29,601 nt of DNA. Origin: a virus. Its lineage: Duplodnaviria > Caudoviricetes. The DNA is taken from the IMG/VR virus record IMGVR_UViG_3300010361_000029, positions 1 through 29,601 of that record. One strand, given 5' to 3'. This document shows, piece after piece, positions 1 through 9,444 of the stretch. Both the position numbers and the translations under genes were made by a program. The number at the start of each line of letters is the position of its first letter. Position 1 is the stretch's first letter. The notes under the pieces were generated by a model. The model searched no databases. It was given only the letters and a program-made list of their open reading frames with translations, and had not been told where the DNA came from.

Positions 1-1813
1 GACGCGCGATGTTGGCGTCGATGCGCGCGATGTGCGCATTCAGCTCGGGCGTGAACACCGGGCGCTTGTTGAGCGCATCGGGACCGAGCGAGCGCTGCAC
101 ATGCTGCTCGATGGAGCGGAAGCGCTCGACCATGGCGTTGCGCTCTTGCTCAAGAAAGCCCGCCATGTGTGCCGCTGTTGCAGTGTCAGGGTTCTGCTCG
201 CGCAGCGCTGCCGTGCGCTCGCCTTCGCCGCCACCGGTGCCGGCGTAGAACTTGGTGCCTTCCTGGCCGAACCGCTGCAGCCAGCCACGCGCCTTCGCCA
301 GCGCATAGTCGCGCTCGGGCGTGCGGCCGATGACGTTCTTGGCAACGTTGCCCAGCTCGCCGAGCCACGTGCCACCGGGAACGTTGGGACCGTTGTAGTT
401 GTTGACGCCGACCAGCGCATCGCTCGTCTCGGCAAGATGCCCCATCGCGCTGACACCGTTGTCGATGGAGCCGCCGAGCGTGTTGGCGGCGTGACTGCCA
501 AACTCGGTCGCCATCTTACGCTTCTCGGTAAAATCGGTGTCGCTGAGCGGCTGACCGGTCGTATCCATCGAATAGCGCTGTGCGAGATTTTTCGCATACG
601 ACGTGAGCGATGCTTGCGCCTGTCCGCTGCGCGCACTCGGCATTGCCGAGCCGCCCAGCCACGCTTTGACGTAGCCCTGCAGCTCGGGATTGAATTGCGC
701 CAGCCACGCGTCGCCTTTCAGGTCATCGTTATAGCGCACGCCTTTGCCGAGCGCCTCGGGCGGCGGCGCCACACCACCTGTGCCTTCGCCACCACCTCCC
801 GCATAGCCTGCACCGCCGCCAACAGCACCAGCACCACCGAAAAACGGCGGCGGCGGCGGGTAGCCGTAGCGCTTGCCATACGGGCCTTCCGACACGACAC
901 CGTATTTCGGCGCGATGATGTCGTTCAGCACCGTTGGGTTCATCGCCGCCATCATCGCAACCTCGTGCGGATAGCCGCGCCCGCGGAGTGCCTGATAGGT
1001 GTTGTTCATCATCTGCAGCTGCATGCCCTGCGGATCGACACGCGCACCGGTCGCAGCGCCGTGGATGGCGTCGATGATGCCGGGAAACAATCCTTGGCCA
1101 GCGAACAGATTGTGCGTGAACGCAGACAGCCGGTCGAATGCGCTCGGGTCTTGCTCGCCACTGAATGGGCCAGCTGGCGACGGAAGCCGCTGCTGCGGCA
1201 GACCCTGGCCTTGCGCTGGCTGCGCAGTCGCCGGCAGCGCGGCGGCGCCTGTCGTGTCGCCTGCAGCAGCCGGCGCGCCAGTAACTGGACGATCAGCCAC
1301 CCTGATCTCCGGCGACAGCGGCTGCAAACCGGGCAGCGTGTAGTTGCCGGCGTATGGCGTGTAAGGAGCCGGTGCCGAGCTGCGCGGGATCGGCGTGTAG
1401 TTGCGGCCAGGATCAGGCGGCGGCAGATCGGATGCGGCAGCGCTCGGCGTATCCTGCCCAATCACTCTGCCACTGCGCCCAACGACCGCTGCAGGAAACG
1501 AGCCCGGCGCGATGTCGAGGGTCGGACTACCGAACAAATAATCGTACAGGGACTTGTTCTGTGCATCGCTGCCGGCGCCGGGCGCGCCGACCGGATACGG
1601 CTGCTTCTTCGTGTAGTCGATGACGCGACCCATCGGGGCATTAAGAAAGTCGAGCCCCATGTGACCGGGCACACCGGATGCATCAGTGGGCGGCGACGGG
1701 AAAAACGGCGCAGGTTGCTGTGGGACTGGCAGCTGCGGAGGCTGGCCGTAATCGTAGCCAGTCGGCGAGAACGTGCCGCCGAGCAGCTCATCCCAAAACG
1801 AGCGCGGAGCCAT
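1..1813 (-). CDS. Large internal virion / DNA ejection protein, truncated at window edge (>600 aa)
   Basis: Absent from the ORF track because no stop lies in the window. My translation from ATG at 1813 reads MAPRSFWDELLGGTFSPTGYDYGQPPQLP... and stays open to base 2. Pro/Gly-rich N-half and helical C-half, directly after the pilot-like gene, as is typical for podophage ejection proteins. Confidence 0.75.
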   Translation of the reverse strand, partial: MAPRSFWDELLGGTFSPTGYDYGQPPQLPVPQQPAPFFPSPPTDASGVPGHMGLDFLNAPMGRVIDYTKKQPYPVGAPGAGSDAQNKSLYDYLFGSPTLDIAPGSFPAAVVGRSGRVIGQDTPSAAASDLPPPDPGRNYTPIPRSSAPAPYTPYAGNYTLPGLQPLSPEIRVADRPVTGAPAAAGDTTGAAALPATAQPAQGQGLPQQRLPSPAGPFSGEQDPSAFDRLSAFTHNLFAGQGLFPGIIDAIHGAATGARVDPQGMQLQMMNNTYQALRGRGYPHEVAMMAAMNPTVLNDIIAPKYGVVSEGPYGKRYGYPPPPPFFGGAGAVGGGAGYAGGGGEGTGGVAPPPEALGKGVRYNDDLKGDAWLAQFNPELQGYVKAWLGGSAMPSARSGQAQASLTSYAKNLAQRYSMDTTGQPLSDTDFTEKRKMATEFGSHAANTLGGSIDNGVSAMGHLAETSDALVGVNNYNGPNVPGGTWLGELGNVAKNVIGRTPERDYALAKARGWLQRFGQEGTKFYAGTGGGEGERTAALREQNPDTATAAHMAGFLEQERNAMVERFRSIEQHVQRSLGPDALNKRPVFTPELNAHIARIDANIAR

Positions 1814-2900
1814 CAGCGTGTTTCCTCATTGCAGCGGCGCGCTCGGTCGCGCGCTTGTAGTGAACCTGCTTGAAGCCGCCACCGCTCACGCGAACCGCCT
1901 CGGGCGCGAACTGTTCAACATCCTGCGCCAGCAGCCCGATGCTGAACACACCGCTGCCCTTGTAGCGATAGCGATAGACCGGCGTGCCGTCGTAGAGCTG
2001 GCCCACCTGCTCGATGTCTTCCTTCAGCCGCGCGTCACTGAAGCTGAAAGACTTGGCGACGTTCGCAGCCGTGTTGAGCCCCATCATCGCCATCTGGAAT
2101 GGCGACATGGTCTGTGTGCCCTGCGTGTTCGACGTGCCCTGCGTCTGTCCGCCAAGCCCCGCAATCGGCGTGGTGAGCCCGAGCAGCGTACCCAGGTTGC
2201 CGGTGCTGTACTGAAACGGCATCTGGCTCGCGTTGATGGTGTTGAGCGCACCGGCATTGGTGGCGTTGGGAAGGCCGCTGGTGAGCCAATCGAAGCCGGC
2301 ACCCTGATTGCCGAACATGGTCTGCTGCAAGCCGCTGGCCGTCCCTGCGGCGTTGTTGGCAGCTCCAGTGAGCGCGCCGGTCGCGCCGAGCACGTTGCCG
2401 ACGTTGGCGTTGTATTGGTTGGTCAGGATCGGCGCCATGCCTTGCGCAAGACCACGCGCGAGCGCCTGACTGTTCTGCGGAGAGAGATCGCGGCCGGCGG
2501 CGGCGAACTGTCCGTTGATGGCGTTGGTGATGTCCTGCTGCGTCGTGCTGAGCGCGGAGCCGATACCCGGCGTCTGCATCGGATCGAGCGACGCATTGGT
2601 GATCGGCGTGAGCGCAGACCTTGCCTGATCGTATGCGCTGGTCACCATCGGCGCATAGTTGGTGCCGCCACCGATGAGGCTGCTCGCATAGTTGAGCGCT
2701 TGCGGCGAATAGTTTGGCGTCGCGCCAGCGTTCTGAATGATCGAGTTGAACGCATTCGAGACGGCGCCGCTCGGCGTGATGTTGCCGGCGAGATTGCCGA
2801 TGTTGCCGATGAACCCCTTCAGGGTGTTCATCGTCGGTGCCCACGGGTCCGTCTGCGACTGTTGCTGTGTGTTCTGTGTCGAGCTGGAAGTGCCGCTCAT
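1788..2900 (-). CDS. DNA ejection/pilot-type protein with C-terminal peptidase S74 intramolecular chaperone domain
   Basis: Start reassigned to MSGTSSSTQNTQQQSQTDPWAP (ATGA overlap with the upstream gene). Gly/Ala/Asn/Gln-rich body, then FSDARLKEDI...VYRYRYKG...IGLLAQDVE...PEAV...KQVHY, the S74 signature. Confidence 0.8.
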   Translation of the reverse strand: MSGTSSSTQNTQQQSQTDPWAPTMNTLKGFIGNIGNLAGNITPSGAVSNAFNSIIQNAGATPNYSPQALNYASSLIGGGTNYAPMVTSAYDQARSALTPITNASLDPMQTPGIGSALSTTQQDITNAINGQFAAAGRDLSPQNSQALARGLAQGMAPILTNQYNANVGNVLGATGALTGAANNAAGTASGLQQTMFGNQGAGFDWLTSGLPNATNAGALNTINASQMPFQYSTGNLGTLLGLTTPIAGLGGQTQGTSNTQGTQTMSPFQMAMMGLNTAANVAKSFSFSDARLKEDIEQVGQLYDGTPVYRYRYKGSGVFSIGLLAQDVEQFAPEAVRVSGGGFKQVHYKRATERAAAMRKHADGSALVLG

Positions 2901-3307
2901 GACAGTTGCCTTTCGAGCACGACGTGCCGCTGCACGTAATGCGCCTTCAGTTTTCGCGCCCAGCCGCGCCGACCCATCAATCGGACACAGCTGCAGCCTT
3001 CCGCGCGTGCATAGTCTTCGATGCCGCTCAGGAGCTGGTGCAGCTCGTCGCCGAGACATCCGGCGCACGAGGTGATCACGCAGACGAGCGAATGCTCGGT
3101 GCGGCGCAGCTCCGTAGTGGCGACGGCAATGATGTCCTGCTGACTGTCGAATGCGAGCCACAGCAGCGAGCGCCCATCGAGCACGGCATCTCTGATCTCT
3201 GCAACGGTGATCAGGTCGGTCGCCTCGACAGCGTCGCGCACATACAGCTCGGCGTATCGCCAGAAACGCTCGGTCCATTCCGGCGGCACGCACGCCAACT
3301 CAACCAA
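2897..3307 (-). CDS. GNAT-like (acetyltransferase-fold) protein of podophage tail/ejection module
   Basis: 136 aa with LWLAFD...AVATTE and EDYARAEGCSCVRLMGRRGWARKL, the pattern of the GNAT-like gene commonly found just before ejection genes. TTG start is uncertain. Confidence 0.65.
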   Translation of the reverse strand: MVELACVPPEWTERFWRYAELYVRDAVEATDLITVAEIRDAVLDGRSLLWLAFDSQQDIIAVATTELRRTEHSLVCVITSCAGCLGDELHQLLSGIEDYARAEGCSCVRLMGRRGWARKLKAHYVQRHVVLERQLS

Positions 3308-3623
3308 GGCAGACCCAGTAGAACGTCAGATCGCTGTTGGACGAGGCAGCATATGTGATCGTGAACGAGCCCTTTGCCACAGCGGACACGTATGTCGTTG
3401 CCATTGCGGTCGCCGCATGTGCTGTCGTCGGCTGCAGGAACACCGCCGAGCTGGTGCTGCAGTTGATCGCTGTCACGGTGATGCTGGTCGCCACGCCATT
3501 GCCCAGCAGCGTGACAATGCCAACCGCGTTGCTGCGACCCTCGATCAACTGCCGGATCGCGATGTTCTGTTTGATCGGGTCTTTTTCGACTGGGCTGATG
3601 TAAAGACCGGAGCCCGTCGTCAT
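3300..3623 (-). CDS. Small tail-associated structural protein
   Basis: Start MTTGSGLYISP (ATGA overlap with nozzle stop). AIRQLIEGRSNAVG helix followed by a Thr/Ser-rich beta region. Located right after the nozzle gene. Confidence 0.6.
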   Translation of the reverse strand: MTTGSGLYISPVEKDPIKQNIAIRQLIEGRSNAVGIVTLLGNGVATSITVTAINCSTSSAVFLQPTTAHAATAMATTYVSAVAKGSFTITYAASSNSDLTFYWVCLG

Positions 3624-5089
3624 TGCTGACCCTCTGCGATCACATCGGGTTCGACACCAATGGCGAACGACCACACGGTGCCGGCCGGAATGCGCACACG
3701 CTCGCGCGCATATCGCGTCGAGACATTGTGCGGGCACTTGCCGGCAATGTTGAGCCCACTCTCGACAGATTGCGCTGCGGTCGCCTGCATCGTGTCGCGC
3801 GAGAGCACCGAGCAGAACACAGACGGCGCATCAGTGATCGGTCGCGCACCACGCACACGAAAGCGGCTGCCGTCGCCGGATTGCTCGGCAGTGTCGATGG
3901 TGGCTTCAAGGTTTGCGCCGGCAAAGAAGCCGAGCGTGTGATTGAGATCGGCGCCGCCGAGCTGCGAATAGGTCGCAACACTGATACTGTCCCAGCTCGC
4001 GATGCTCTGTGCGTCGATGTTACTGCCATATGGGAATGGCGAGTCATCGAGGCCAATGCCGGGCTGCGACAGCGTCGCGATGTACTCGCCGCGCTGATTG
4101 ATGATCGAGCCACGGTCGAGCGCCCAATCGTACACGACGATGCGGTCGAATTGGTTGGCGATGCCGTTCGCCGATTTGTATGTCCAATAGACGCATTTGC
4201 GGCGCGGATCGGTGGCGCCGATGACCATCTGCAGCTGCGTCTGATCGAGATCGGTGAGAAACGTGCGGTCGAACTTTTCCTTGCCGACCGGCGTCGGATA
4301 GCCACCCGGCACCAGCATCTTGAAACCCTGCGGGCTCAAGAAAAAGATGCGGTCGCCGGAATTGATCAGGCTGTACGGCGCGAGCAACCCATCATCCACA
4401 CTGATGCGGTCGATGCCGAATGTATAGGGCGAGCCCGGCGCGAACGTCATGCGCCTGATACTCGTGTCCTGCATGATCAGACCGTACTCACCGCCGACCA
4501 CGCCGCGCACGATGCCGCCATCGGCAAGGTCTTGGAAATCGGAAAGTCCAACACCGGATGTCCACACAGCCGGATTGTTGAGATCAGACCACTGCACACG
4601 ATAGACGTTTGGCGCCGCGAGCCCCGAGAGCACGACGAACCGATTGACGATGGCGATGTACGCTGCCTGCGGTGGCGTGCCACCCAGGTCGACAAACGTG
4701 GCCGGCGCCGTAAGCGTAAACACCTGTGGATTAGCGTTGCCTTGGACCGCGAGCACGAGATTGTTGAACTGCCGGAATTGCCACTGCCCTGTCGACGGGA
4801 TTGCCGGATAATCGACGCCACCCTTCGACACATCGCTCCAGCTATTCGTCGCTGTCACGTAGGTGTAGATGCGCGTCGCGGTCGCCGCGAAAATTTGGAT
4901 CGAGCCGTCGTTCTTGCGGGCATAGAAGAACCCACGACACGTACCCGGCAGCGATGCTGTGTAGGCGACAAGGCTCGGCACCGGGCCGTAGCCGTCAGCG
5001 CGCGGATACACGTTGGTCGCGGTCTTCGTTGCCTGTCCGTTGTAGTCGGTGATGTCGGGGCGATATTCGCCGAACGCGAGCACAGGCAT
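3620..5089 (-). CDS. Tail nozzle / tail tubular protein B-like (P22 gp10 / T7 gp12 analogue)
   Basis: 489 aa, begins MPVLAFGEYRPD, beta-propeller-like (VQWSDLNNPAVW, DFQDLADGG). Follows the adaptor gene via a TGATG overlap. Confidence 0.75.
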   Translation of the reverse strand: MPVLAFGEYRPDITDYNGQATKTATNVYPRADGYGPVPSLVAYTASLPGTCRGFFYARKNDGSIQIFAATATRIYTYVTATNSWSDVSKGGVDYPAIPSTGQWQFRQFNNLVLAVQGNANPQVFTLTAPATFVDLGGTPPQAAYIAIVNRFVVLSGLAAPNVYRVQWSDLNNPAVWTSGVGLSDFQDLADGGIVRGVVGGEYGLIMQDTSIRRMTFAPGSPYTFGIDRISVDDGLLAPYSLINSGDRIFFLSPQGFKMLVPGGYPTPVGKEKFDRTFLTDLDQTQLQMVIGATDPRRKCVYWTYKSANGIANQFDRIVVYDWALDRGSIINQRGEYIATLSQPGIGLDDSPFPYGSNIDAQSIASWDSISVATYSQLGGADLNHTLGFFAGANLEATIDTAEQSGDGSRFRVRGARPITDAPSVFCSVLSRDTMQATAAQSVESGLNIAGKCPHNVSTRYARERVRIPAGTVWSFAIGVEPDVIAEGQQ

Positions 5090-5691
5090 CAGGGTGTCGC
5101 TCCACGCACTTTGATTGTCGGCCCGGAGCGATGGCGAAAATCGTTTTTGAAAATGTCGTCGTAGATATCGTCACGACGCTGCTGCCACATCGCACCCTTC
5201 TGCGGGTCGACCGCATAGGCTTGTGCCTCGACCAGCGAGCCGAACAGGTAGAGGTTGGGGTATCCCTGATAGACCCAGTTGATGGCGGACGAGAGCGGCG
5301 GCACGCGCTGAAAATATGCGTATTCAATAGGCGCCGTGTCATCGAACGGCATAGCCGTCAGCACCTGTCCTTCAATGCTGTAGACCTGGGGAATGCCTGC
5401 ATCCCATGTCGGATAGTTGTACGCCAGCATCTCGGGCTCGATGTATTCAAGATCGCGACGAGGCGAGCCCAGATACGTCACGCGCTGCATTCCCTGGTAG
5501 TCGTTCGGCAGCGTGAACTGTCCGTTGGTGGTTGTGCTCTGGGTCACGAGCGTCTGCAATCGCGCTCGCAGCCGGCCGTTCATGTTGGCTTCGAACAGCG
5601 TGACGAAATCAGGAAAGAGCGAAGTGATGTCGCTGCGCTGCAGCCAGTTGCCCATTGCGATCAAGAGATCGTTGTAGGTGACGAGGGCCAT
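5089..5691 (-). CDS. Head-tail adaptor / tail tubular protein A-like
   Basis: Start MALVTYNDLLIAMGNWLQRSD. Contains FVTLFEA...RLR and NW...YPNLYLFGSLVEA motifs typical of podophage adaptors. 200 aa. Confidence 0.75.
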   Translation of the reverse strand: MALVTYNDLLIAMGNWLQRSDITSLFPDFVTLFEANMNGRLRARLQTLVTQSTTTNGQFTLPNDYQGMQRVTYLGSPRRDLEYIEPEMLAYNYPTWDAGIPQVYSIEGQVLTAMPFDDTAPIEYAYFQRVPPLSSAINWVYQGYPNLYLFGSLVEAQAYAVDPQKGAMWQQRRDDIYDDIFKNDFRHRSGPTIKVRGATP

Positions 5692-6293
5692 TCTGGTGTT
5701 CCCGTGTACAGCTTCGTGCCCTGGTGGCTCAGCGCGCATTTCGTGTCGACATGCACGGCACCACCGAGCGCTCGCCAACGCCGACAAAACGCAAAGTCTT
5801 CGGTGAGGTACTCGTCGTCGGCAATCATGTTGTCGAAAAACTCATGCCGGCTGATGCCGCATCTGTGCATGCGCGTGAACACATCGCCTGCGATGCACAT
5901 GAACCCGGTCGGCGCCTCGCGCACCTCAGCGAAGCCTTGGCCATCGACAGGACCGAGCGTCGCAATGTCGAACGGAAAGCCGGCGTACTCGTGCTTGAGC
6001 TGATAGATGCCGGCGACGACATCGCGCTTGGCATACAGCAGGCGCACGGCGGCAGCGGGTTCGAACCCGATGTCAGCGTCGATGAAAAACAGATGCGACC
6101 AAGGACCGGCTCGAAAATAGTCGACGCATGAATTGCGCGCTCTGGTGATCGCACTCTCGTTTCCACGCAGATAGAACTCGTGCTCGATGCCGAGCTGCCA
6201 GAACACGGATCGCAGGCGCAGGATGCTGCTGACGTAGTTGAGGCAAAGCACGTTGCCGTAACAGGGCGTCGCGATCAGCGGAAACAGCTTCAC
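5661..6293 (-). CDS. Glycosyltransferase (GT-A fold, GT2-like)
   Basis: GTG start (GTGA overlap). IATPCYG, ESAITRARN, HLFFIDADIGF (DxD motif), YLTEDFAFCRRW, LSHQG. Confidence 0.8.
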   Translation of the reverse strand: MKLFPLIATPCYGNVLCLNYVSSILRLRSVFWQLGIEHEFYLRGNESAITRARNSCVDYFRAGPWSHLFFIDADIGFEPAAAVRLLYAKRDVVAGIYQLKHEYAGFPFDIATLGPVDGQGFAEVREAPTGFMCIAGDVFTRMHRCGISRHEFFDNMIADDEYLTEDFAFCRRWRALGGAVHVDTKCALSHQGTKLYTGTPEWPSSPTTIS

Positions 6294-6601
6294 TTGTCGA
6301 CCCGCAGATACTTCCAGTCCGGGTCGTTCAGCTTGCGCTTCACAAGCGCATTGAACTCGGGGCTGAACAGCCGCATGTGCTTGTTGCCGCGTGCCCATTC
6401 TTCGTTGAGCCATTTTAGAATGATGATGTTGGGGATCGAGGCGATCTCTCGCCCCCAATCACCACGCTGCGGAATTGTCTGCAGCTGCTTGTTGCGCTCG
6501 ATGATGTCCTCGACATCCTGAGTGCTTTCGACAGTCACATGGCGACCGTCACTGTCGCGATGCAGCTGCGTATGCACTGGACCGTTGGCGAGAACGAACA
6601 T
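6290..6601 (-). CDS. Conserved phage protein of the head/neck region
   Basis: Start MFVLANGPV. Contains QDVEDIIERNK...IASIP..I..KW..E...KLNDPDWKYLR, a pattern recurrent in this gene position in such phages. Confidence 0.65.
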   Translation of the reverse strand: MFVLANGPVHTQLHRDSDGRHVTVESTQDVEDIIERNKQLQTIPQRGDWGREIASIPNIIILKWLNEEWARGNKHMRLFSPEFNALVKRKLNDPDWKYLRVDK

Positions 6602-6606
6602 GGCGA

Positions 6607-6921
6607 TTACTGCGTCAGCTCGACCACGTTGAGGACGTTGGCCACAATGGTATCGTTGCTGATCACAGCGATCTTCTGACCCGGCGAGACGATGAACTCT
6701 TCCGCCGCATTCGCCGGCAGCAGTGTCGTGGTCGCGCTCGCAACGGGATTGTCGCCAATCTCGATGCGAAGACCGGTACCGGTCGCGCCGCCGTACTGCG
6801 TGGTCAAACAGACGCGGATCGCGCGCGTCTGCGCGCCAAAAGCAGTCGACTGCGCTGAGGCACCGCCGGCAGCAGCAGGCGTGATGTTCTGCGCGCTGCC
6901 CTGAAGGATGCGATAAGCCAT
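6607..6921 (-). CDS. Small beta-rich virion protein (decoration-like)
   Basis: 104 aa, TAATG overlap with upstream gene, IGDNPVAS...LLPAN..E...VSPGQKIAVI. Located in the capsid operon. Confidence 0.6.
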   Translation of the reverse strand: MAYRILQGSAQNITPAAAGGASAQSTAFGAQTRAIRVCLTTQYGGATGTGLRIEIGDNPVASATTTLLPANAAEEFIVSPGQKIAVISNDTIVANVLNVVELTQ

Positions 6922-7274
6922 TACGAACCTCGCACCTTGGCAAAGCAGTGTCCGTAGATCGACACTCCCGTCGCGCCGGCCGGCGTGAAGACGAGCACGT
7001 CGTCTTCGTTCACATAGGTCGATGCGCTGGGAACGGTGCTGAACACACTGCCGGCGCTGCCGGCTGTGACAGTGATGGTACCGACCGTAACACCAGCATT
7101 GGTGACGGTAACGGTCGAGGTGCCGGTGACGGCAGCGCTCTGCACAACGCCAATCTCAGTGAGAATGCCGCCTTCGCCCACATGCAAGTAGGCTGCGGCC
7201 GGCGTAGCGCCGAGCGACGAGATGTACACGCTGTACTCGTCCTCGCTGATCGGGTGATTGACTTTGAGGGTCAT
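6921..7274 (-). CDS. Putative capsid decoration/cement protein
   Basis: 117 aa, Thr/Val/Gly-rich beta protein immediately after the major capsid gene, with a GGAGAGG SD. Confidence 0.55.
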   Translation of the reverse strand: MTLKVNHPISEDEYSVYISSLGATPAAAYLHVGEGGILTEIGVVQSAAVTGTSTVTVTNAGVTVGTITVTAGSAGSVFSTVPSASTYVNEDDVLVFTPAGATGVSIYGHCFAKVRGS

Positions 7275-7289
7275 CGTGTCCTCTCCAAA

Positions 7290-7316
7290 TAAAAAGGGTG
7301 GCCACGAAGGCCACCC
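7290..7316 (-). terminator. Rho-independent terminator after major capsid gene
   Basis: Minus strand GGGTGGCC-TTCGT-GGCCACCC-TTTTT: 8-bp GC stem plus U-tract just downstream of the capsid stop. Confidence 0.85.
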
Positions 7317-7338
7317 GGTTGATCCGATAGAGGACCGA

Positions 7339-8295
7339 TTACGACGTGCTCAAATCGAAGACACCGCCGCTGGACTTCTCGTTGCGAGCCGTGAGTGTGT
7401 ACTCGCTCAAGATTTGCCTGCGGTCGCTGTCGCCGGTCTTCGCCAGGACGATGCTGACCATCTTGCGTCCGCTGATCGCAGCGACGCCCCACATGTCGGT
7501 CTGCATGATGAGCACATCACGCTGCCGCTGGAAGCGATCCGCCACGACCTTGAGATCACCGAAATCGCTCTCGTACACGTTGACGGTCGCGATGATCTTC
7601 TTCGCTGTCGTGTTCTCGATTGGGCTCGCGCGGCCGACGAACATCGAGAATGCCTGCTTGTTGAACGACCCGGCGAAGACCGTGTCGGGCTTGCCACCGT
7701 TCGTCCAGATGGACGCGAGCACACCTTTGAGCAGGTTCTCGTTGAACGCACGCTGCGTGCCGTCAGTGCGCGTGCCGTTGCCGTCAGCGGTCGTCGGGTC
7801 GGCAGCAGCGCCGCCACCCTTGCTGGTGTTGGTCTTGATCCAGCTGAGTGCCGACGCAAGTTTGCGCACGACGGTGTCGGAGCCGGTCGCCTTGGCTTGG
7901 TTCTGAAGCAGGATCGTCTCGATGTCGCGCTTCAGCTCCAACCCCTTGAGCATCTCCTGATAGGACAGCTCGTTGTCGCGGCCGGCGTGGTCGACTGCCT
8001 GCTGGGTGCCGGTGACACGCGCGACCTTGTAGCTGATCTGCGCAATGTTACCGAGACGCACAGTGGGCGTGGTCTGGTTGGTGCCAGGGTCGTCGCCTTC
8101 GAGCTGAGCGTTGGTGCCGTCAGCTGGGGCAAGAGCCTGGGTCTGCCATTCGTGGTTCACAGCACTCGCGCGTTCCTTCTCGCACGCCGAGAAGAAGGGA
8201 GTGTCGGTCGGATCGATCCGATAGATCATATCGGACAAATCCTCGCGGTTGCCAATCGCCTCATAGGTGGCGAAAGCATTGGCGGGCATCGACAT
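7339..8295 (-). CDS. Major capsid protein (DUF5309/SU10-like HK97 fold)
   Basis: GNREDLSDMIYRIDPTDTPF, HEWQT, EGDD, ELKRDIE and YESDFG motifs. 318 aa, follows the scaffold gene and precedes a terminator. Confidence 0.9.
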   Translation of the reverse strand: MSMPANAFATYEAIGNREDLSDMIYRIDPTDTPFFSACEKERASAVNHEWQTQALAPADGTNAQLEGDDPGTNQTTPTVRLGNIAQISYKVARVTGTQQAVDHAGRDNELSYQEMLKGLELKRDIETILLQNQAKATGSDTVVRKLASALSWIKTNTSKGGGAAADPTTADGNGTRTDGTQRAFNENLLKGVLASIWTNGGKPDTVFAGSFNKQAFSMFVGRASPIENTTAKKIIATVNVYESDFGDLKVVADRFQRQRDVLIMQTDMWGVAAISGRKMVSIVLAKTGDSDRRQILSEYTLTARNEKSSGGVFDLSTS

Positions 8296-8301
8296 GTGAT
8301 G

Positions 8302-9429
8302 TCATCCTTGCCGGGATCGCTGCTGTGCGCGTCGCGCTTCACGCAGCGCAACCGCATCGCGGATCGAGCCCGACTGTTCGAGTTTCTTTTCGAGGGCTTG
8401 AATGTCCACCTCGCCCGCACTGGGGCGGGAGGCGGCAGCACCGGGCCGCTGCACAGGTGGCAAGCCGGGTTTCACGGCACGCGCGGCGTTGGCTTTCGCT
8501 TCGCGCCAGCGAGCTGCATCGATGACGATCTGAGAGAGGCGCGCGTCTCGCAATGACACGCTTGCCTGCCCGCTCCACAGTGCGCGCAGCTCGTCCTCGC
8601 TGAACCCGACATCGCGATAGACCGCAGCAGCAGCGTCCGCCAGCTTCTGCGCTTTCGTGGTGTCGGACAGGTCAGGAACCTTGTCGAGCAGGAGCTGATC
8701 CTGCCGCGTGGCGTAGTTATTCCACTGCGCCTGATATTCCTGTGCCTGACGATGTTGAGCTGCCTGCACCTCCTGCGCGACAGCGGCGATTTTCTTCTGC
8801 GCCGCATCCCACAGTGCGTAGCGAGGCCAATCCTCGCGCGCGAGTTTCTCGACATCCGCCATCGTGCGAACATCGGCAAACTCGCCACGCTGTTGCTCTT
8901 GCAACGTCTGCAGCAGAGCAGGCAGTGCCTGCTCGTACCGTGCCCGAGCCTGCGTCACCTCATTGCGCTCGGCATCCATTGCCTTGCGCAGCTCAGCAGC
9001 CTCGTTTTGACCGCGACGAAATTCCGTCTCGCGTGCCCTGTCGCGCGCTGCAAGGTTCTCTTGTGTGGCGCGGGGGAGGGTCCGAAAGATTTCCTTGTCT
9101 TCGGCAGTCCAAGACCTCGGCGGGTCGATGGGCGGCAGCTCAGCTGCCGGGTCGACCGGAGGGGTCGTTTCGCCGGGTGCCTCCGGTTGCGGAGGGGCGG
9201 CAGGTTCAGCCTGTGGGGCTGGATCGGGTTGCGCACCGGCTGCGCCTTCAGTCGCGCCAGCTGCGGGAGCGGCACCCTCGTCAGGGTTCGCTCGCTTGTG
9301 TCGCCATGCACTGAGCTGCCGCGCAGCTTCAGAGATGGCAATAGAAGACTGATCGGGTGTTGCCGGGGTGGCGACAGGCAGCGATGGAGGATCGCCGCCG
9401 CCGCCAGGGGCAGTCGTCTGGTCGTTCAT
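8302..9429 (-). CDS. Capsid scaffolding protein
   Basis: Pro/Ala/Glu-rich N-terminus, PPRSW..EDKE.F..LP motif, long coiled coil, C-terminal VQRPG...SGSIRDAV. Directly upstream of the capsid gene. Confidence 0.8.
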   Translation of the reverse strand: MNDQTTAPGGGGDPPSLPVATPATPDQSSIAISEAARQLSAWRHKRANPDEGAAPAAGATEGAAGAQPDPAPQAEPAAPPQPEAPGETTPPVDPAAELPPIDPPRSWTAEDKEIFRTLPRATQENLAARDRARETEFRRGQNEAAELRKAMDAERNEVTQARARYEQALPALLQTLQEQQRGEFADVRTMADVEKLAREDWPRYALWDAAQKKIAAVAQEVQAAQHRQAQEYQAQWNNYATRQDQLLLDKVPDLSDTTKAQKLADAAAAVYRDVGFSEDELRALWSGQASVSLRDARLSQIVIDAARWREAKANAARAVKPGLPPVQRPGAAASRPSAGEVDIQALEKKLEQSGSIRDAVALREARRAQQRSRQG

Positions 9430-9444
9430 GGTGTCCTGCTTGGA

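Noticed and set aside
2900-3293. N-terminal extensions in the ORF track (501-aa, 232-aa, 265-aa, 377-aa, 754-aa versions)
   Set aside because: They overlap upstream genes in other frames. Internal starts with stop/start overlaps or SD sites fit better.
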